Below, in pieces: positions 58,883 to 64,000 of a stretch of DNA of 64,000 nt. Within the stretch, counting starts at the first letter, position 1. Every line of letters starts with the position of its first letter. The position numbers and the translations under genes were made by a program. The notes beneath the pieces were generated by a model. The model did no database searches. It had not been told where the DNA came from and saw only the letters and a program-made list of their open reading frames with translations. The stretch covers positions 2,816,001 to 2,880,000 of the forward strand of contig OZ251539.1 of NCBI GenBank assembly GCA_965243135.1. The letters are read 5' to 3'. This DNA is from Alphaproteobacteria bacterium (GTDB taxonomy: Bacteria; Pseudomonadota; Alphaproteobacteria; MPNO01; UBA830).

Positions 58883-60767
58883 ATACGAAGAAAACAACCA
58901 AGGAGACAAACAGGGAAGAATCGTTAAGGCTGTTGCAAAATTTCGTTCGACTTCGTTTGAAAACTGGTTATCCGTATCGGTTTTTTTGGGGTGCTTTTTT
59001 CTTCTCTTAGCGACAACCTACTATATTACACCCATTGTTCTTCTACATGACGGCTCCTACAATTTTCAGGTCGTCGATTCATTAGTAAAGGGCGAGGGTT
59101 ATGCTAGCTACGGAGCGTTACGGGGAGGCGGAAAATGGTTGTTCGATCCTCACGTAACTACCGGACCCGCCGTTCTCATTCCGCTATCCCTCGTCTGGTA
59201 CGTTACAGGAAAAAGCATTCTTGCAATACATATAACTCTTGCCTTCACTCTTTGGTTGTATGCGGTCGGTTTGTTCTTCGTGCTCAGAAATTGGAGCGCT
59301 GAATCTGCTCTTCTGCCCGCTGCTTTGGCGACCGGCGTTTCGCTATGTGCCGTTCCTAATGTAGTAGGCGAGATTTTGGGAGAAATTCCAGGAGCGGCAG
59401 CTATCGTTTGGGCTGCTTGGGCCGTCGGAAAAAACAAGCCTGCTGTTGCGGCGGTGTTCGCGGGCATTGCCGTACAAATGAAAGTCCTATTCGTAATTCC
59501 CGGAATATCTCTAATTCTGATCTATTTCGTATGGGATTTAATGAAAAACCATAGAATCCGAATTAAGAAAATTTTAACTTGTGGTTTGATTTTCATTTTG
59601 CCAACGCTTTTATTTGAGATATACCGTTTCTTCTCCGTTGGAAGTGTTGAAAACTACCTGCATTCCGTGGAAGAGTACCAATGGTTCACGGCCCAATATA
59701 GCGTCCATCATGTGGGAAAATGGTTTTCTCCCGAGGTAATCGGAGGAAAGCTATCCACACTCTACGAATCCCTCCATGATTTGGCTTGGATGGCGTGCGT
59801 CGTGTCTCTATTATTATGCTTGCCGATATTTATTTTCTCTTTGCGATTTAGAAAAAACTCTTATGAGCGTCAAGGTTCAGATAAAGAGGAACTCGTTCGT
59901 GCGGGTTTGGTCAGTTTGATGGTTGGCGGGTTAGCTATTGCCGTCATGTGGACGCAGATTAAAGTTGCGAATCACCGTCTTTCGATGGTCACTTTGTTGT
60001 TATTTATGCCAGCATTCATGGCGATCTGTGGATACAATTATATCCTACTGTTGAAATTTTTTAGGGTGAGGAAGAGTATAAAGATATGCTTACGAACGGT
60101 CCTTGCGTTGTGCGTCTCTCTTTTGATCTCAGCTCTTGTCGAGAAGGCCTTGACAGTTCGTCAAGATAGTTGGATTCGGACTGAATTATCTGTGGAACAA
60201 AGGCGGGTTTTTGATCTGATCGTCGCCGAACGGCCGACATCCTTATATGTGGACGGATGGCATCAGAACCCGAATTATTTGCTGTTGACCGGAATTCAAG
60301 GTATACCGGCGAAGACAGGCGAAAATCAGATTATGGTAATTCAAAAATATCAAACTAGGGAATTGAACAAAAGTTTTGAGAAATATAAAGACGAATGCAA
60401 CAATATACTGTATTTTTCAATGCTGACGCTCGTATGTCGGCTGCCAGATTACCATTTAATAGATGATGATTTGCACGTTATGGATTGGGGACCCCGAAAT
60501 ACTCTATCCGGCTTCGTTCCCAACAGAAACTTTGATGGCAGCATGGGTATTTGGGTGCGTGTCGACAAAGTGGATCGTAGGAGTTTCGGTCCGGTGCGGA
60601 TTTATTTTGCCGGATACCCGGCCATACACGGGCATTTCCGCGGAGGCGATATCGCCACAGGGGCTTTTCCTCCACGGCGAGTTCGGGAATCGGGGAAGTA
60701 CGAGGTGACGATCAAACAAACGGCGACGGGCCGCGTGTTTCATGTAGGATATTTTATCGTCGAGTAA
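58875..60767 (+). CDS. Polytopic membrane protein, probable GT-C glycosyltransferase
   Basis: HDGSYN loop after TM1, FDPHVTTGP, GEIPG, many TM helices; AT-rich. Confidence 0.65.
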   Translation: MSEYEENNQGDKQGRIVKAVAKFRSTSFENWLSVSVFLGCFFLLLATTYYITPIVLLHDGSYNFQVVDSLVKGEGYASYGALRGGGKWLFDPHVTTGPAVLIPLSLVWYVTGKSILAIHITLAFTLWLYAVGLFFVLRNWSAESALLPAALATGVSLCAVPNVVGEILGEIPGAAAIVWAAWAVGKNKPAVAAVFAGIAVQMKVLFVIPGISLILIYFVWDLMKNHRIRIKKILTCGLIFILPTLLFEIYRFFSVGSVENYLHSVEEYQWFTAQYSVHHVGKWFSPEVIGGKLSTLYESLHDLAWMACVVSLLLCLPIFIFSLRFRKNSYERQGSDKEELVRAGLVSLMVGGLAIAVMWTQIKVANHRLSMVTLLLFMPAFMAICGYNYILLLKFFRVRKSIKICLRTVLALCVSLLISALVEKALTVRQDSWIRTELSVEQRRVFDLIVAERPTSLYVDGWHQNPNYLLLTGIQGIPAKTGENQIMVIQKYQTRELNKSFEKYKDECNNILYFSMLTLVCRLPDYHLIDDDLHVMDWGPRNTLSGFVPNRNFDGSMGIWVRVDKVDRRSFGPVRIYFAGYPAIHGHFRGGDIATGAFPPRRVRESGKYEVTIKQTATGRVFHVGYFIVE

Positions 60768-60861
60768 TGGCGCTTTTGTGTGTTTTGCGATGGTCTTTGG
60801 ATGTTGCCGGGGCTGCATGCGTGTGGCGTCGTTAATGCGAGGGTAAGGCGAGGAATCGGAG

Positions 60862-62259
60862 ATGAGAACTAGCGGTAACTATAAGATGATGTGCGAGGGT
60901 TCCGGACGGGAGGCACCCGGACCGCATGTCGCTGTCATCGGCGCTGGTTTCTGCGGCCTCGCTGCGGCATACGAGCTCGCCCTCCGGGGTGTTCGGGTCA
61001 CCGTTCTGGAACAGGACGCCGAGGTCGGCGGGCTGGCCGGTAGTTTCATCGCTGGCGGAGCGCGGCTGGAAAAATTCTATCACCATTGGTTTACCAGCGA
61101 CCACCACATCATGCATCTCATTGCCGAACTAGGCTTGTCAGATCGTGTCTTGGAACGTCCCACACGCACCGGTATGTACTACGCCCACAACTTCTTTAAG
61201 CTCTCGACGCCCGCCGACCTGTTGCGCTTTTCTCCGCTGTCCTTAGGGAGCCGTCTCCGGCTAGGACTTCTGGCACTGCGGGCACGTCGGGTTCAGGACT
61301 GGCGGGCACTCGAAGACATCACAGCCGCTGACTGGTTGCGGCGCCTCGGCGGGGAGTGCGTCTGGCGGGTTGTCTGGGAGCCCCTGCTGCGGGGCAAGTT
61401 CGGCGACTTGGCGGAGGAAGTGGCAGCAGTCTGGTTCTGGAACAAACTCAAGCTGCGTGGTTCGAGCCGCGGCAATGGCGGCGAGGAACGGCTTGCCTAT
61501 TTCCGCGGCGGCTTCGCCGCTCTCGCCGACGCCCTCTCGGATGCTGTCCGCGCTCGCGGCGGAGAGGTGAGGATCGGGTTCCGGGCGACGGGCTTGAGGG
61601 TGGAGGATGGACGCGTCGCCGGGATCATCGGGCCGGACGGAACCGTCACCGCCGACGCGGTGATCGCGACGCCAGCGTTGCCGGTCGTCTCGGCCCTCGT
61701 CGAACCGCATGTGCCGCCAAGTTACACTGCGCGCCTGCGGCGCATCCGCTATCTCGCCAATGTCTGCATCGTCTTGGAACTGAACCGCAGCCTGTCGGAC
61801 CTGTACTGGCTGAACGTCAACGACCCGGATTTCCCCTTCGTGGGGGTGATCGAACACACGAATTTCGAGCCCGCGTCGAGCTATGGCGGGCGGCACATAG
61901 CATATCTCTCAAAGTATCTGCCGGAGACCGATCCGTTCTACCGAATGCCGAACGGCGAGGCGGTCGACTTCGCGCTCGGCCATCTGCGCCGGATGTTTCC
62001 ACGGCTGACGGACAATCAAGTCCTGGCTGCCCATGTCTGGCATGCCCGCTATGCGCAGCCCGTAGTGGAGTGCGGCTACAGTCGATTGATTCCTGATACG
62101 AAAACTCCTCTGCCGGGCTTGTTCTTGGCTACCATGGCACAAATTTATCCAGAAGACCGGGGGACAAATTACGCTGTCCAGCAAGGGCGGAACACCGCTC
62201 GAATATGTGCCGAGGAACTCGGGGCCGCAGACGGCAACCGTTCCCACCGTTCAGTTTGA
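60862..62259 (+). CDS. FAD-dependent oxidoreductase (amine oxidase/protoporphyrinogen oxidase-like)
   Basis: VIGAGFCGLAAAYEL, GGLAG, EKFYHHWF, IYPEDRGTN. Confidence 0.85.
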   Translation: MRTSGNYKMMCEGSGREAPGPHVAVIGAGFCGLAAAYELALRGVRVTVLEQDAEVGGLAGSFIAGGARLEKFYHHWFTSDHHIMHLIAELGLSDRVLERPTRTGMYYAHNFFKLSTPADLLRFSPLSLGSRLRLGLLALRARRVQDWRALEDITAADWLRRLGGECVWRVVWEPLLRGKFGDLAEEVAAVWFWNKLKLRGSSRGNGGEERLAYFRGGFAALADALSDAVRARGGEVRIGFRATGLRVEDGRVAGIIGPDGTVTADAVIATPALPVVSALVEPHVPPSYTARLRRIRYLANVCIVLELNRSLSDLYWLNVNDPDFPFVGVIEHTNFEPASSYGGRHIAYLSKYLPETDPFYRMPNGEAVDFALGHLRRMFPRLTDNQVLAAHVWHARYAQPVVECGYSRLIPDTKTPLPGLFLATMAQIYPEDRGTNYAVQQGRNTARICAEELGAADGNRSHRSV

Positions 62260-62522
62260 CCGTTTGCAGTGTCGCCGTAAGCTTGGATTTCTTAAACCTG
62301 TCGCGGAGTTAGGGTTTTGGCGCGTGGTTGTTTCGGGAGTGGGCCTGTACAAAGGCTATGTAGCGTTTTGAGCGTTTGTTCAAGTGGCTGCCGTTTGTCG
62401 GATGGGTTATTCCGACGCTGCTTCGATCTTGTCGAGGGGATAAATTGAGCGGGATGCAACACCTCAAACTGCGGCACGCTATGCGACTAAGTGGTTGAAC
62501 GGACCGTCAGGTCGGCCAGAGC

Positions 62523-63413
62523 TTATTGCCGGAACAGCCTTTCGTCCACCTCGCTGGCCAGCTGCAATAGATACTTCCCGTATGTGCTCTTGCGCAGATC
62601 GCGTCCGAGCTTGGCCAGATCGTCGCTTCCGATCCAGCCGTTGAGGAAAGCTATCTCTTCGGGAACCGCGATTTTCTGTCTCTGACGCTTCTCGACGGTC
62701 TGGACGAAGCTGGCGGCCTCCAGAAGACTGTCGCTGGTTCCCGTATCGAACCAGGCGAATCCGCGCCCGAGCAGCTCCACGTGAAGTTCGCCGCGTTCGA
62801 GATAGTGCGCGTTGACGTCGGTGATCTCCAGCTCGCCGCGCGCGCTCGGTTCGATTTCGGACGCGACGCGGACCACTTCGTTGTCGTAGAAATAAAGACC
62901 CGTAACCGCCCACTGCGACTGGGGACGGACAGGCTTTTCCTCTATGGCGGTCGGGCGGCCGGACGCGTCGAGTTCGACCACGCCGTAGCGCTCCGGATCC
63001 GGAACCCCGTAGCCGAAAACCGTCGCCCCCTTGCGCCGGGAAGCCGCGTTTCGCAATTTCTCCGTCAGGCCGTGCCCGTAGAAGATGTTGTCCCCGAGAG
63101 CCAGGGCGCAGGAATCGTCGCCGATGAAGTCCTTGCCGATGAGGAAGGCCTGCGCCAGCCCTTCGGGGCGCGGCTGCACGGCATGGCGGAGCGCGAGGCC
63201 CCACTGGCTGCCGTCGCCGAGCAGCCGCTTGAAGGCCGCGGCGTGCTGCGGCGCGCAGATCACCAGAATGTCCCGAATTCCCGCCAGCATCAGCGTGCTC
63301 AGCGGATAGTAGATCATCGGCTTGTCGTAGACCGGCAGGAGCTGCTTGCTTACCGCGCTCGTCACGGGATGCAGACGCGTCCCTTCCCCTCCGGCCAGGA
63401 TGATGCCTTTCAT
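62523..63413 (-). CDS. rmlA: Glucose-1-phosphate thymidylyltransferase
   Basis: [53 protein letters not shown]. Confidence 0.95.
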   Translation of the reverse strand: MKGIILAGGEGTRLHPVTSAVSKQLLPVYDKPMIYYPLSTLMLAGIRDILVICAPQHAAAFKRLLGDGSQWGLALRHAVQPRPEGLAQAFLIGKDFIGDDSCALALGDNIFYGHGLTEKLRNAASRRKGATVFGYGVPDPERYGVVELDASGRPTAIEEKPVRPQSQWAVTGLYFYDNEVVRVASEIEPSARGELEITDVNAHYLERGELHVELLGRGFAWFDTGTSDSLLEAASFVQTVEKRQRQKIAVPEEIAFLNGWIGSDDLAKLGRDLRKSTYGKYLLQLASEVDERLFRQ

Positions 63414-63973
63414 CGCGGCGCTCCTCCGGGGAACGCGCCGCCCGCCGCCGGTCCGCCGTGCCCCTTGGCGTAGCGCTCGAGCGCTTCCTGCCGCAGGCCG
63501 CCGAACGCGGCCGGGATCCTGGCGTTGTCGAGCGCGCTGTACCGGGGGCGCAGGGCGCGGGCAGGGCGCTCGTCGCTCGCGCAGGGCGTCACCACGGCCT
63601 CGATTTCCGCCATTTCGTTGGCGCGGGACGGTATCGTGCCGCTGTTTCGTCGGCGACGACGCCCTCCTCCTGAAAACCGTAGATGCTGCGCGACGACGGG
63701 TATCGGCGCACGCCCGCTTCCTTGGCCGTGCGGGCGTTTCGAACCCGCGAATCCCGGCTCCCGGGTCGCCTCCTGAAACGGTTCGCCCGACGGGTCGTTG
63801 GGCAGCGAGGCGCCGCGTCGACGCCCCGCTCGCGGGTTGCGGTTGTCTTCGGCCTGCAAGCCGTTCCGCCTCCGGCATGCCGCCCGAAGAAGAACTGTCC
63901 ACGGCCTTGACGGCGTGGTTTGCCCAAGCGGGGAACAAGGGTGTCCGCCCACGCCGGTCACCAAAACCTTCAA
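63410..63973 (-). pseudogene. rmlD: dTDP-4-dehydrorhamnose reductase remnant (internally deleted)
   Basis: [10 protein letters not shown]-terminus and [15 protein letters not shown]-terminus; total length too short. Confidence 0.6.
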
Positions 63974-64000
63974 GCTCGTCCGCGGAACGGTGAGTTTCCT

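Overview
This is a GC-rich bacterial accessory region, probably proteobacterial and possibly host-associated (an inference from the ankyrin fragment and heavy IS decay). It has four interleaved layers. (1) Defence: a Mokosh type I-like pair (kinase-like/SF1 helicase plus a dual-HKD PLD nuclease) at 0.5-5.8 kb, with a UDG-like gene nearby. (2) Surface-glycan genes: a GT2-GT4 protein and a sulfotransferase-GT protein, each with perfect DNA tandem repeats encoding a coiled-coil 'ruler'; a DegT/methyltransferase/WbqC operon broken by an ISKra4 element; a GtrB/flippase/GT-C/oxidoreductase operon; and rmlA. (3) A deep nest of mostly decayed transposons: IS66-family elements that each carry a DUF4338 (DruA-like) gene, ISKra4, IS110 and IS4 fragments, one intact large DDE transposase, and an internally deleted RIT element flanked by nested dif-like palindromes that contain an inverted copy of its 6-bp target. 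(4) The best candidate for an undescribed system: a 14.6-kb integrative mobilizable element (37851-52488, bounded by ACACCAGATT direct repeats) inserted in the first codons of an IS66 transposase. It encodes two tandem tyrosine integrases, a type ISP restriction-modification enzyme with an in-frame G17 tract, a coupled PD-(D/E)xK-like protein, a MOBF relaxase-helicase and three paralogous ribbon-helix-helix genes. I saw no rRNA, tRNA or CRISPR array. All family calls are by motif recognition, not database search.
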